From the NCBI GenBank assembly GCA_964559225.1, contig CAZLGA010000004.1, positions 83-64,082 of the forward strand: a stretch of DNA of 64,000 nucleotides, read 5' to 3'. Every line of letters starts with the position of its first letter. The first letter of the stretch is position 1. This DNA comes from an uncultured bacterium. Lineage in GTDB: Bacteria; Hydrothermota; Tepidihabitantia; SM23-42; JAOAFX01. Of the stretch, positions 41,093 through 51,013 are shown one piece after another. The notes under the pieces were generated by a model that saw only the letters and a program-made list of their open reading frames with translations, searched no databases and was not told the DNA's origin. A program made the translations under genes and the position numbers.

Positions 41093-42064
41093 TCATAAGC
41101 CCTCTCCTGGTTGTAAGTTTTGTGGATAAACAATGCTGCTCATAAACACCCGTTTTCTCTTTTGTTGTGCCGGGGTTAGAGGGTAAGTATAGGGAGGGTT
41201 TTGTTCAATTGTAACAGTATTTTCACCATACCTATATCCAGCCATCGCTTCCGATGCAATGACAACAGTAAAACGGATTGCCCATTTTCGCGTATAGCTC
41301 GGATTAAATGGTGGGTTATTCCTATCCCCCCAAGTATCAATGATTCTATCACCATCAGTATCCAAGCCATATCTAAATGCAATTGCTTCTACATTATTTA
41401 GAAGTGCTTCATTTCCTCGTTTTAGAGTATCACCCACAATTTGATATGTAATACCGGTTAGATATGTTTCGTCGGTTCGTTTAAAAATAATAGCGCCTTC
41501 TCTTGCTGAAATCACGCTACTGAACACAAGCTTTGTCGCTGGTATAGAATTACCCCATAGCGGGTCAATAAATGTAAAAGTATCTGTTCTGGGATCGTTG
41601 GTTATAACAAGATTCTGGTATATTGGTTTGCGCATTTCATTCAAGATCATAATTCTATCATTCTGCAAAAAGTTTGCAAGTGTATCAGACCATCTACGAA
41701 CAACTACTATGGGTCCCTTGACCTCATCAAGTAAATAACTCCATTGGCTCCGGTTCATTTCAAAACCCAGGCCCACTGCTTTGAGCCGAACTCCTGCACC
41801 TTGGACACCTGACACTGGTATCAACTGAATTGCATCCTGGCTTTCATACGGATAACCAAGACCCGCAAGCAATAAATCCCATTTGATAAGGGTGAATGCA
41901 ACCTGAGCATCGGTCTGTAAAATTGTGGTTTTTGACACCTGGGTCGTTCTTGTCTGCTGGATATTTAGTATAGAATAGATGGCACCAAAAACAATCATAA
42001 GGATGACGAGCGAGACCATCAATTCTACTAAGGTCATACCTTTCGTTCTTTTGACTATTGCCAT
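41093..42064 (-). CDS. PilW-like type IV pilus minor pilin.
   Basis: Prepilin-type N-terminus KGMTLVELMVSLVILMIVFGAIY (G/FTLxE class III signal). Confidence 0.6.
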   Translation of the reverse strand: MAIVKRTKGMTLVELMVSLVILMIVFGAIYSILNIQQTRTTQVSKTTILQTDAQVAFTLIKWDLLLAGLGYPYESQDAIQLIPVSGVQGAGVRLKAVGLGFEMNRSQWSYLLDEVKGPIVVVRRWSDTLANFLQNDRIMILNEMRKPIYQNLVITNDPRTDTFTFIDPLWGNSIPATKLVFSSVISAREGAIIFKRTDETYLTGITYQIVGDTLKRGNEALLNNVEAIAFRYGLDTDGDRIIDTWGDRNNPPFNPSYTRKWAIRFTVVIASEAMAGYRYGENTVTIEQNPPYTYPLTPAQQKRKRVFMSSIVYPQNLQPGEGL

Positions 42065-42077
42065 TTGGCGCCTCCTT

Positions 42078-42548
42078 TTACTTAAGTTTTAATAAATTGG
42101 ATTTTAACCACGGTTTACCGCCTTGACCGATTACATGGAGTCTAACCGTTTTGAATCGTGGATCCGGGATGGTGTCTATTCTATTCTCGGCTACATTCCA
42201 GATTAGTCGGAATACACCACCCTTTGTAGTAGTCAAAATTCTGTAGTCAGCGAGGCCCGCGGCAGTATCATCTAATGTAACTGAAGTTCTGTGCTTGAGA
42301 TAAGTAGTATCATTAGTGGGTAGTCCTGCCAAAAATTCAAACTGGCGATTCAATACATCTCTGGCATACATTTGTCTGTTTATCACCCGGCTTGTTCGCA
42401 TACCCATTACCGTCATCTGGGATACTGCAAGAATTCCTAATGTAAGGATGACTATCGCAACCAGAATTTCAACGAGGGTGAATGCGTTTGAATAATTATT
42501 TACGGATTCTGGGATTTTGGTTCTTAAGTATTTGGGAATCTTATACAT
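42078..42548 (-). CDS. PilV-like type IV pilus minor pilin.
   Basis: N-terminus NAFTLVEILVAIVILTLGILAV is a prepilin peptidase substrate motif and a PilV-type N-terminus. Confidence 0.6.
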   Translation of the reverse strand: MYKIPKYLRTKIPESVNNYSNAFTLVEILVAIVILTLGILAVSQMTVMGMRTSRVINRQMYARDVLNRQFEFLAGLPTNDTTYLKHRTSVTLDDTAAGLADYRILTTTKGGVFRLIWNVAENRIDTIPDPRFKTVRLHVIGQGGKPWLKSNLLKLK

Positions 42549-42560
42549 CGTTCCTCCTCT

Positions 42561-43067
42561 TTAGTTCCAACTTCCACTCTTGTGGCGATAGACCTTTACC
42601 TTGCCCAAGGTATTTATCCCTACTGCATAATTATCCCTGCCATCAGTGATATAAATCACGCCTTTTGTTGCGCCACCTCGTGCATCTAAGATACAAACAT
42701 TATTTGGAAAATCAATTCCATTATTGCCAGGTGCTGGTAGCGAACCCTCGGGTGGCCTTCCACTTACGCCCTCACCGCCAAACCAGATATTTCCGCCGGT
42801 AGAGCCACCAAGTTTGTAGGCTTTTGTTTGGCCTTCTTGGTTTGTTGATAGGTAAGTTCGTGTATCAGGGAAACTAATGCTAAATCGTTTGCCTGTTGAC
42901 AAAGCTCTCTCCCTTATTTGTCTTAAATCCTGGGCAAGTTCCTGAGCTGCAGCCCTTATGCGTGCTTGACGTTGCATAGCAGCAAAATTTGGTATCACAA
43001 ATGCAATAACAATACCGATAATGCCGATTACAACCATCATTTCAATCAGTGTGAAGCCTTTTTTCAT
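42561..43067 (-). CDS. FimT/FimU (GspH-like) type IV minor pilin.
   Basis: MKKGFTLIEMMVVIGIIGIVIAFVIPNF is a class III signal with the Glu at +5. Strong SD AAAAGGAGG upstream. Confidence 0.65.
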   Translation of the reverse strand: MKKGFTLIEMMVVIGIIGIVIAFVIPNFAAMQRQARIRAAAQELAQDLRQIRERALSTGKRFSISFPDTRTYLSTNQEGQTKAYKLGGSTGGNIWFGGEGVSGRPPEGSLPAPGNNGIDFPNNVCILDARGGATKGVIYITDGRDNYAVGINTLGKVKVYRHKSGSWN

Positions 43068-43487
43068 AAAGCCTCCTTTTTATAAAAACCGCAGATTACC
43101 GCAAACATTGAAACGGAATCACACGGTTCAGACAACCTTGCTATTATTATGCAAGTATTATTATAGTTGTCTTTTGGCATTTTTGCCTCTACTAATCTAT
43201 ATAAGCAAATTTCATTCCTGATTTTGTGAAAAACCCGCTGAAATTTGATGAGTTTTATTGATAAATGGTAATCATTAGAAAAGGGGCTGCTGTTATTGGG
43301 TAAAAATTTACCCACTTACAACATAGTTAGGGTCACCCCAAAATGTTGCAATTTACTGTTTATATCATAAAAACAGAAACTAATTCTAAATTCTTTAAAC
43401 CTTACCAACAATTCGCACCTTTTGCCTTAGCATCATCTGGTTGACACTTTTCTGCTTGCTAAAATGGGTTGGAATTGAAGGGCATTA

Positions 43488-43516
43488 TTGACATAATCCT
43501 GTTTCATAAGTATAAT
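43488..43516 (+). promoter_or_regulatory. Consensus sigma70-type promoter TTGACA-17-TATAAT. It probably gives a leaderless or near-leaderless DUF1844 mRNA.
   Basis: TTGACAtaatcctgtttcataagTATAAT. The -10 ends 6 nt before the ATG at 43522. Confidence 0.4.
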
Positions 43517-43521
43517 TGCGT

Positions 43522-43812
43522 ATGGGTGGAGATAAAGAGACTAAAGACCAACCTTTGTTTGAAGAACCAATCCCGGTGAAAGAATTGCTCCTAATGACAA
43601 TATTTTCTCTTGAAGGAAAGGCATGGGCATACCTTGGTCTTACTGCACACCCAGAAACCAAGAAACCTAAAAAAGATTTGCACGAAGCAAAGATTGCGAT
43701 TGATTCCATTGATGTAATCTTTAAACTCCTGGAGCCGTCCCTCACCAATGAAGAAAAAAAGGATATCCAAGTGAGATTGACCAATCTAAGATTGAATTTT
43801 GTAAAAGAATAA
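43522..43812 (+). CDS. DUF1844-like small protein (~96 aa).
   Basis: The length and pattern ...LLLMTIFSLEGKAWAYLGL..HPET.....DL.EAKIAIDSIDVIFKLLEP.LTNEEKKDIQVRLTNLRLNF resemble DUF1844. The ORF-track start at 43516 (TTG) lies inside the -10 element, so I prefer the ATG at 43522. Confidence 0.4.
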   Translation: MGGDKETKDQPLFEEPIPVKELLLMTIFSLEGKAWAYLGLTAHPETKKPKKDLHEAKIAIDSIDVIFKLLEPSLTNEEKKDIQVRLTNLRLNFVKE

Positions 43813-43815
43813 AAG

Positions 43816-45534
43816 GTGTTGCACAAATTCAAAAAAAGTATTCCTGATTTTTTTTTATTTGTTTATATTTTCGCGGTCTATGTATACTCCCTCTGTCCCA
43901 CTATTTACTTGATAGATTCTGGTGAATTAGCAGGGGCAAGTTTCACACTCGGAATCGCCCATCCAACCGGCTATCCACTCTACACGCTCATTTCATATTT
44001 CTTTGCCCATATCCCAGGCGAACCCATTAAAAATCTCAATCTTTTATCGGCACTATTTTCAATTTTCGCATCCCTACTTTTGTACATTATTTTGAAGCAA
44101 ATAACGAAAAATGCATTTGCCCCGGGTTTAATCACTGCCCTATTCGCATTTTCGCCAATCATTTGGCGCATTTCAATTACCAATGAAGTCTATCCCCTGA
44201 CCGTATTATTCTGCGTCTTATTATTATTCTTGCTATACTCTCTAAAGGACTCAAGGATATTCTATTTCTTTATGTTCCTTTTTGGCCTCTCCTTCACAAA
44301 TCATATAATAATATTCTCTTTGGCGATTCCGTTATTTTTATACATAATAATTATCTATAAACCATCCTTAAAAAAAATTCTCATAGGCTTTTTATTTACA
44401 GCGATTGGAATTTCACCCTATTTGTATTTAATCGTCAGAACCCTTGCTGGCGCAGAAATCGCCTGGGGCAACACCTATAACCTCCAGCGCCTTTTCTGGC
44501 ATATTACTGGCAGACAGTATCAGGTATGGATGTTTTCGCTTTCATTAACAGAGATTTTAAATAATGCAAAACAGGGCATAATTTTTCACATAACTAATTT
44601 TTTATATGTTTTTATTATCTTTGTTTTCGCTGGTTTTTCCCATCTATTCAGCAATGATAGAAAAAAATTCTGGTTATTTTTATCAATCTTCTCTCTCAAT
44701 TTTTTATACACAATAAATTATGCAATTCCGGATATTGAAAGTTATTATATTCCTGGTTTTATTGCGCTTTTGTTTTCAAGCGCCTATGGGCTTTATGCCT
44801 TAAAAAAATATATAAAATGGTTTATATCCATACCATTGATTTTGATATTTGCCCTGTTCAATTACCCTTCCTGCACTTTAAGAGATAACACCTTTGGACT
44901 TGATTATAGTCTTGCCCATATAAACCAGTTGCCAGAAAGCAGTCTTTTAATTTGTTCCTACTGGGATATATATTCACCTACTATTTATCTGCGCAAAGTA
45001 AAAAATCTTTACAAGGACCTCGTAATAATTGATAAAGAACTCCTCAGAAGAACCTGGTATTTAAAATATCTAAAAAATACCTATCCCGACTTCTATAATT
45101 CTGCCGAAAAGGAAATCAATGATTATTTATCTGAGCTTTATAAATTTGAATACAATAAACCTTATGACCCACGCATCATCCAGCAAAAATTTATAAAAAT
45201 GCTGGAAAGATTTGTCGAAATCAAAGAAACAACCGGGGTATATTTCGCTCTTCCTTTTCCTGACTATGACTTAAATTCTGTAAAACCTGATTATTACCGC
45301 ATTCCTTATGGTTTGAATTTTCTTATTACAAAGAATATTCAAAATGTATCTTTTGATTTCTTAAAATTGAAGATTAAACATCCAAAATTTATAAATGACC
45401 CACGCCTAAAATTCAATATTGAGGCATTGAAGAAAATGATAATAAACAATATTAATTATTTGAATCAAACAAATAGAACAAATGAAGTTGAATTAGCAAA
45501 GCAGTGGCTGAATGAATTTTTGCGAACTAAATAA
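43816..45534 (+). CDS. Polytopic membrane protein of the DUF2723 (TMEM260-like, GT-C fold glycosyltransferase-like) family.
   Basis: N-terminal motif YLIDSGELAGASFTLGIAHPTGYPLYTL is characteristic of DUF2723. There are at least 10 predicted TM helices and a soluble C-terminal domain. Confidence 0.5.
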   Translation: MLHKFKKSIPDFFLFVYIFAVYVYSLCPTIYLIDSGELAGASFTLGIAHPTGYPLYTLISYFFAHIPGEPIKNLNLLSALFSIFASLLLYIILKQITKNAFAPGLITALFAFSPIIWRISITNEVYPLTVLFCVLLLFLLYSLKDSRIFYFFMFLFGLSFTNHIIIFSLAIPLFLYIIIIYKPSLKKILIGFLFTAIGISPYLYLIVRTLAGAEIAWGNTYNLQRLFWHITGRQYQVWMFSLSLTEILNNAKQGIIFHITNFLYVFIIFVFAGFSHLFSNDRKKFWLFLSIFSLNFLYTINYAIPDIESYYIPGFIALLFSSAYGLYALKKYIKWFISIPLILIFALFNYPSCTLRDNTFGLDYSLAHINQLPESSLLICSYWDIYSPTIYLRKVKNLYKDLVIIDKELLRRTWYLKYLKNTYPDFYNSAEKEINDYLSELYKFEYNKPYDPRIIQQKFIKMLERFVEIKETTGVYFALPFPDYDLNSVKPDYYRIPYGLNFLITKNIQNVSFDFLKLKIKHPKFINDPRLKFNIEALKKMIINNINYLNQTNRTNEVELAKQWLNEFLRTK

Positions 45535-45567
45535 ACTTTTTAGTAATATATTGCGTCATATATGTAA

Positions 45568-47994
45568 ATGAACACAGTTATTTGTATTATCGCCCTATTT
45601 TTCGTTTTGAATCAGCATTTATTTGCTCAGGGAAGAGAGAGTAAGGGTCCGGGAAGAATAACAGGAATTGTTGTAGAGGCAAATACTGAGCAACCAATTG
45701 AACTGGCAAATGTCATAATATACGACAAAACCCATAAACAGCTAACCGGCACTGCTACGAATGAAACAGGTAGATTTTTTATTGCCGGGATAACTCCCGA
45801 TGAATATATTATTGAAATCACTTTTGTTGGTTTTGAAATAAAGGTCGATACCATAAGAATAAATCCTGATAATCCAATGTTAAACCTTGGGGTGATAAAA
45901 CTTGAACAAAAACCGATAACGATTGAAGGTGTAAAGGTTACCGCAGAAAAACCGCCCCTTGAATTCAAAATTGATAAAAAAGTTATCAATGTAAAAGAAC
46001 ACTACGCAAGCCAGTCAGGCACAGCGGTTGATGTTCTTGAAAATGTTCCTTCTATATCGGTTGATGTTGAAGGAAATGTAAGCCTGCGCGGAAGCACAAA
46101 CTTTAGTGTATTAATTGATAATAAGCCTTCAATCCTTGAACCAAGCGCCGCCCTTCAACAGATTCCAGCAAGCACGATTGACCGCATAGAAATAATAACA
46201 AATCCCTCAGCCCGTTATGACCCGGAAGGGCTTGCTGGGATAATAAATGTAATAACAAGAAAGAATATACAGTTGGGCATAAATGGCATTGCCAATTTAA
46301 ATATTGGGCTTGAACAGAAATATTCTGGTGATTTCCTCATCAATTACCGACACAAACAATTCCGAACATTTTTTGGTGTTGATTATAATAATTTCAAATC
46401 TCCTGGGACAGAACTTGAGACCCGAGAGACAAGAACCCAGGATACTACATTTTTTTCATTGACCCGGGGTAGTGGGTCGTGGTTAAGAAAATTTTATGGA
46501 GTTAAATTGGGTGCCGAGTATACAATGACTTCAAAAACCAAGGCAGGTATAAATCTTGAATTACGGCGAAGGGGTATGAACCGTTCTTCTTTTGAAGAAC
46601 TCATCAGATGGTCAATACCAGGAGATACTACAAAATTTTTGCACAATAACCTAACCGAACGTGGCGGGTTAATGTGGGGAATAAATTCGGATTATCTTGT
46701 AAATTTCAAAAAAGACCACAAATTATCAGCCCGTCTTTCTATCCATATCAACAATGGTGAAGATATATCAACTAATGAGCTCAGCACCCAAGATTCCATA
46801 ATCACTAACGGATGGAAATCAATAGAAAAAGGTCCAATGAACAGGGTTCTCTTCAATCTTGACTATACACAGCCTTTAAATTTTTTGAGTAAAATAAATG
46901 GCAAATTAGAAACCGGGGCACAAACAACTATTGGTCTATCCAATGGCGGTCAGGATGTATGTGTCTATGATACAATAACCCGACGATATATTTACAAATT
47001 AGAATTCAGCCATCTTGCTGATTTCGTTCATAATATTTATGCACTTTATACAACCTATCGTGGTGAAATCAAAAATTTAGGATATCAAACAGGAATAAGG
47101 GGTGAGTATACATACAGATTTCTTGAACTGACCGGCACAACCCAAAATGTAAATATCAGACGTTTTGACATATTCCCAACCCTGCATCTTTCATATAAAT
47201 TTCCTCCATTTGACCAGATTATATTAAGTTATACCCGGCGTGTAAACAGACCCAGAAATTTTGACCTTGAACCATTTGAAACTCGCCGCGACCCATATTC
47301 AATTTACAAAGGAAATCCATCGCTTTTACCGGAGTTCGTTAATGCCTTTGAACTTGGTTATCAAAGGCAGTGGAGTGGCATTTTGATTTCACTTGATGGA
47401 TACTACCGACTAACTAACAATAAGATTGAACATATTACACAAATTTACAGTGGCGACACACTATTATCAACCATTGAAAATATAGGAAAAGATTATGCGT
47501 ATGGGATAGAACCAACATTAGATGTAAAAATTTTCAAATGGTTTAATGTTAATATCTCAGCAAATATCTATGAACACCGTATTGAAGGAATAATTGATAA
47601 TAGTCCAGCTTCTCAAAAAAGCCGAACCTGGAGCATACGTAATATGAATTCAATAATATTGGCAAAGGGCACACGACTACAATTGACCGGTATATATCAT
47701 GGTCCTGAAATTATGGCGCAGGGCAACAGAAACGCATTTTTTATTGTCAATGGCGGAATAAGGCAGGAAATCAAACCACATTCACTAAACATCACACTCC
47801 AGGTGCGCGACATATTTGGTACGGGCAAATTTGAAAATACATCAGAAGGTACAAATTTTTATATACATCAAGAAAATAGAAGAAAATCGCCAACAATAAT
47901 TCTTGGGCTCAGCTACAATTTCAATAATTATCGTGCCGAACCCACAAAATATGAAGTTGAAGAAGATTATCAAGATATGGAAAGTAATTTCTGA
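45568..47994 (+). CDS. TonB-dependent receptor-family outer-membrane protein with an N-terminal carboxypeptidase-regulatory-like domain and a plug domain.
   Basis: Signal peptide. CarbopepD_reg-like GRITGIVVEANTEQPIELANVII. Plug motifs GNVSLRG and IDRIEIITNPSARYDPEGLAGIINVITRK. Beta-barrel body, ending near ...LGLSYNF. Confidence 0.7.
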   Translation: MNTVICIIALFFVLNQHLFAQGRESKGPGRITGIVVEANTEQPIELANVIIYDKTHKQLTGTATNETGRFFIAGITPDEYIIEITFVGFEIKVDTIRINPDNPMLNLGVIKLEQKPITIEGVKVTAEKPPLEFKIDKKVINVKEHYASQSGTAVDVLENVPSISVDVEGNVSLRGSTNFSVLIDNKPSILEPSAALQQIPASTIDRIEIITNPSARYDPEGLAGIINVITRKNIQLGINGIANLNIGLEQKYSGDFLINYRHKQFRTFFGVDYNNFKSPGTELETRETRTQDTTFFSLTRGSGSWLRKFYGVKLGAEYTMTSKTKAGINLELRRRGMNRSSFEELIRWSIPGDTTKFLHNNLTERGGLMWGINSDYLVNFKKDHKLSARLSIHINNGEDISTNELSTQDSIITNGWKSIEKGPMNRVLFNLDYTQPLNFLSKINGKLETGAQTTIGLSNGGQDVCVYDTITRRYIYKLEFSHLADFVHNIYALYTTYRGEIKNLGYQTGIRGEYTYRFLELTGTTQNVNIRRFDIFPTLHLSYKFPPFDQIILSYTRRVNRPRNFDLEPFETRRDPYSIYKGNPSLLPEFVNAFELGYQRQWSGILISLDGYYRLTNNKIEHITQIYSGDTLLSTIENIGKDYAYGIEPTLDVKIFKWFNVNISANIYEHRIEGIIDNSPASQKSRTWSIRNMNSIILAKGTRLQLTGIYHGPEIMAQGNRNAFFIVNGGIRQEIKPHSLNITLQVRDIFGTGKFENTSEGTNFYIHQENRRKSPTIILGLSYNFNNYRAEPTKYEVEEDYQDMESNF

Positions 47995-48029
47995 ATTGAT
48001 TTTTTAAAATATTTCCATATAATTATGTT

Positions 48030-49367
48030 ATGCATATCCTTGTCTGTGACGATGAAGATTCACAGCGTGAGTTGCTCGCTGGATTTTTAAAAAATTTAGG
48101 CTACACAGTCACTACTGCCCGCAATGGGGCAGAGGCAATTGCACAAAATCGCACAAAAGGTTTTGACCTTGCGCTATTAGATTTAAAAATGCCTGAAATA
48201 GATGGTATTGAAACCATGAAACAGATGAAATCAATCGACCCTCAGACATATTTCATTATTCTGACTGGATTCGGAACGATTGAATCGGCGGTTCAGGCAA
48301 TAAAATTGGGTGCCTATGATTATTTGAGCAAACCGATCGACCTCAATAAACTTGAAATGTTGATAAAAAGAGTTTATGAAGAACAGATTACCCAGCAGGA
48401 AATTGCGCTGTTGAAAGAACAAATCGAAGAAAGATTTAATTTTGACGAGTTTGTTGGAGAGAGTCCAAAAATGAAAGAAATACTCTCGCTCATTCCGAGA
48501 ATTTCCCGTTCTGATGCATCGGTTTTGATTTTAGGTGAATCCGGCACCGGCAAAGAATTGATTGCCCGACTCATACATGAAGCAAGCCCGAGGAAAAATC
48601 GCAATTTTATACCTATATCCTGTGCGGCACTTCCCGAAACATTGATTGAAAGTGAACTCTTTGGTTATGAACGAGGGGCATTCTCGGGTGCGGAAAAGAG
48701 AAAATTTGGAAAATTTGAACTTGCGGATAAAGGAACATTATTCCTTGATGAAATCGGTGATTTACCCCTGACAGTCCAGGTAAAACTACTCCGTGTTTTG
48801 CAGGAGTTCACATTTGAGAGATTGGGCAGTAATGATCCGATTAAGGTTGATGTGAGAGTAATTTGTGCAACGAATCAGGATTTAAAACAAAAAATTTCTG
48901 ACGGAAAATTTCGAGAAGACCTTTATTACCGTATAAATGTTGTTACCATAAATATCCCGCCGTTGCGTGAAAGAAAAGAAGATATAAAACCGCTTGTTGA
49001 CCATTTTCTGAAAAAATTTATGAAGCAGGGACACCAACGGGTAAAAGGGATAACCAAAGAAGCATTGAATAATTTATTAAGATATGACTGGCCTGGAAAT
49101 GTGCGGGAATTGGAAAATGTGATTGAAAGGGCACTCGTGCTTTGCCGGGGCGAACTGATTTGTCCTGAAGATATTCCATTGCAATTAAGAGAAACTTCAA
49201 AAATAACCGACTCTGATTTACTTGCCGAGGTTGAAAAAAATCACATTTCAAAAATACTTGAGAAAACCGGCGGAAACCTCGCCGAGGCAGCAAGGAGACT
49301 CGGTATCCACAGGAATACTTTGAGACTAAAAATAAAAGAATTCAATCTCAAAGAACCAGAAAAGTAA
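48030..49367 (+). CDS. Sigma54-dependent NtrC-family response regulator (REC + AAA+ sigma54-interaction + Fis-type HTH).
   Basis: REC ...DLALLDLKMPEIDG. GESGTGKELIARLIH and the GAFSGA (GAFTGA-like) loop. C-terminal HTH GGNLAEAARRLGIHRNTLRLKIKE. Confidence 0.9.
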   Translation: MHILVCDDEDSQRELLAGFLKNLGYTVTTARNGAEAIAQNRTKGFDLALLDLKMPEIDGIETMKQMKSIDPQTYFIILTGFGTIESAVQAIKLGAYDYLSKPIDLNKLEMLIKRVYEEQITQQEIALLKEQIEERFNFDEFVGESPKMKEILSLIPRISRSDASVLILGESGTGKELIARLIHEASPRKNRNFIPISCAALPETLIESELFGYERGAFSGAEKRKFGKFELADKGTLFLDEIGDLPLTVQVKLLRVLQEFTFERLGSNDPIKVDVRVICATNQDLKQKISDGKFREDLYYRINVVTINIPPLRERKEDIKPLVDHFLKKFMKQGHQRVKGITKEALNNLLRYDWPGNVRELENVIERALVLCRGELICPEDIPLQLRETSKITDSDLLAEVEKNHISKILEKTGGNLAEAARRLGIHRNTLRLKIKEFNLKEPEK

Positions 49368-49407
49368 AGGACTTGACTTTAAATGTTTTTTAATTATACT
49401 TGAAGGC

Positions 49408-51009
49408 ATGGATACAAAATATATATTCATCACTGGGGGTGTGGTCTCGTCGCTGGGTAAAGGCGTTGCCACTGCATCTATCGGATTGCTATTGAAATCA
49501 TATGGACTTAAAGTAACGCTCCAGAAAATAGACCCGTATATAAATGTTGACCCGGGCACAATGAATCCATATCAACATGGCGAAGTATTCGTCACTGCTG
49601 ATGGCGCAGAGTGTGACCTTGATTTAGGACACTATGAAAGATTTTTAGATGAACATCTAACCCGTGAAAACAATATAACAACAGGACAAATCTATTTTTC
49701 AGTCATCACCAAAGAGAGACGTGGGGAATATCTGGGAAAAACAGTTCAGGTAGTTCCCCACATAACTGACGAAATAAAAGCAAGAATTAAAAAACTTGCC
49801 ACACAAAATAAAATTGATATTGTTATCACGGAGATTGGGGGCACGGTTGGCGACATAGAAAGTCAACCATTTCTTGAGGCAGCAAGGCAGATGAGGATTG
49901 ATCGCGGCAGAAACAATGTATTATATATTCATCTCACATTAGTTCCTTTTATAAAAACAACCCGCGAATTCAAAACCAAACCAACTCAGCATTCTGTCCG
50001 AACTTTATTATCTATGGGGATTCAACCTGACATCCTCTTATGTAGAAGCGATTCCTGGTTGGGAGAAGACGAAAGAAAAAAAATATCTTTATTTTGCAAT
50101 GTACCGCCAAATGCAGTGATTGATGCGGTTGATGTAGATTGTATATACGAAATTCCATTAATATTTCATCAACAGAAACTTGACTCTCTGATACTTGAGT
50201 ACCTGGGATTGGAAAGAAAAGAATATGACCTCACTGAATGGGAGATATTTGTGGCTAAAGCAAAAAATCCACTCAAAACCGTGGAAATAGCAATATGCGG
50301 TAAATATGTTGAACTGAGAGATGCCTATAAAAGTATTATTGAAGCCCTCTACCATGCAGCAGTCGCCAATGATGCAAGATTGAAGCTCAAATGGGTAGAT
50401 ACCGATAGAATTGACGACGTGACACTCTCCAACACACTTGCCTATGTTGATGGAATCCTTATCCCGGGCGGTTTTGGTATGAGGGGAATTGAAGGAAAGG
50501 TAAGGGTTGTGAGATATGCAAGGGAGAATAAAAAACCATTTTTGGGAATCTGTCTGGGAATGCAGTGTATGGTCATTGAATTTGCAAGGAATGTCTGTAA
50601 CCTAAAAGGTGCAAACTCAACCGAGTTTGATGACAAAACCGACTATCCGGTCATTGACCTTCTACCTGAACAGAAAAAGATAAAAGATATGGGTGGAACG
50701 ATGCGGCTTGGTAATTGTCCTTGTCAGATTGAGCCCAAAACACTCGCCCACAAGATATATAAAAAAGAACTTATTGAAGAAAGACATAGACACAGATATG
50801 AAGTAAATCCTAAGTTTTTCAAGAACCTTAATGAGAAGGGACTTATTTTTTCTGGCAAATCACCCGATGGCAGACTGGTGGAAATCGTTGAGATAAAAGA
50901 CCATCCATTCTTTATTGGTACCCAGTTCCATCCGGAATTTACTTCAAGGCCACTTTTGCCCAATCCTATCTTTTATCATTTTATTGCAACTTCATTAAAA
51001 AATAAGTAA
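49408..51009 (+). CDS. pyrG: CTP synthase.
   Basis: N-terminal YIFITGGVVSSLGKG. GATase class I C-terminus GICLGMQ...HRHRYE. 533 aa. Confidence 0.95.
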   Translation: MDTKYIFITGGVVSSLGKGVATASIGLLLKSYGLKVTLQKIDPYINVDPGTMNPYQHGEVFVTADGAECDLDLGHYERFLDEHLTRENNITTGQIYFSVITKERRGEYLGKTVQVVPHITDEIKARIKKLATQNKIDIVITEIGGTVGDIESQPFLEAARQMRIDRGRNNVLYIHLTLVPFIKTTREFKTKPTQHSVRTLLSMGIQPDILLCRSDSWLGEDERKKISLFCNVPPNAVIDAVDVDCIYEIPLIFHQQKLDSLILEYLGLERKEYDLTEWEIFVAKAKNPLKTVEIAICGKYVELRDAYKSIIEALYHAAVANDARLKLKWVDTDRIDDVTLSNTLAYVDGILIPGGFGMRGIEGKVRVVRYARENKKPFLGICLGMQCMVIEFARNVCNLKGANSTEFDDKTDYPVIDLLPEQKKIKDMGGTMRLGNCPCQIEPKTLAHKIYKKELIEERHRHRYEVNPKFFKNLNEKGLIFSGKSPDGRLVEIVEIKDHPFFIGTQFHPEFTSRPLLPNPIFYHFIATSLKNK

Positions 51010-51013
51010 TAAA

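Noticed and set aside
43064-43315. 83-aa ORF on the minus strand in the divergent intergenic region upstream of fimT.
   Set aside because: It has no RBS and an AT-rich low-complexity translation. It overlaps the strong SD and likely promoter region of the pilin operon, so it is most likely non-coding.
43485-43832. 115-aa minus-strand ORF antisense to the DUF1844 gene.
   Set aside because: The plus-strand product has a family-like conserved pattern, a consensus promoter and tight coupling to the next gene. The antisense ORF has no such support.
45627-45989. 120-aa minus-strand ORF inside the TonB-dependent receptor gene (and similar internal antisense ORFs listed throughout the track).
   Set aside because: It is embedded antisense within a well-supported long CDS and has no independent signals.
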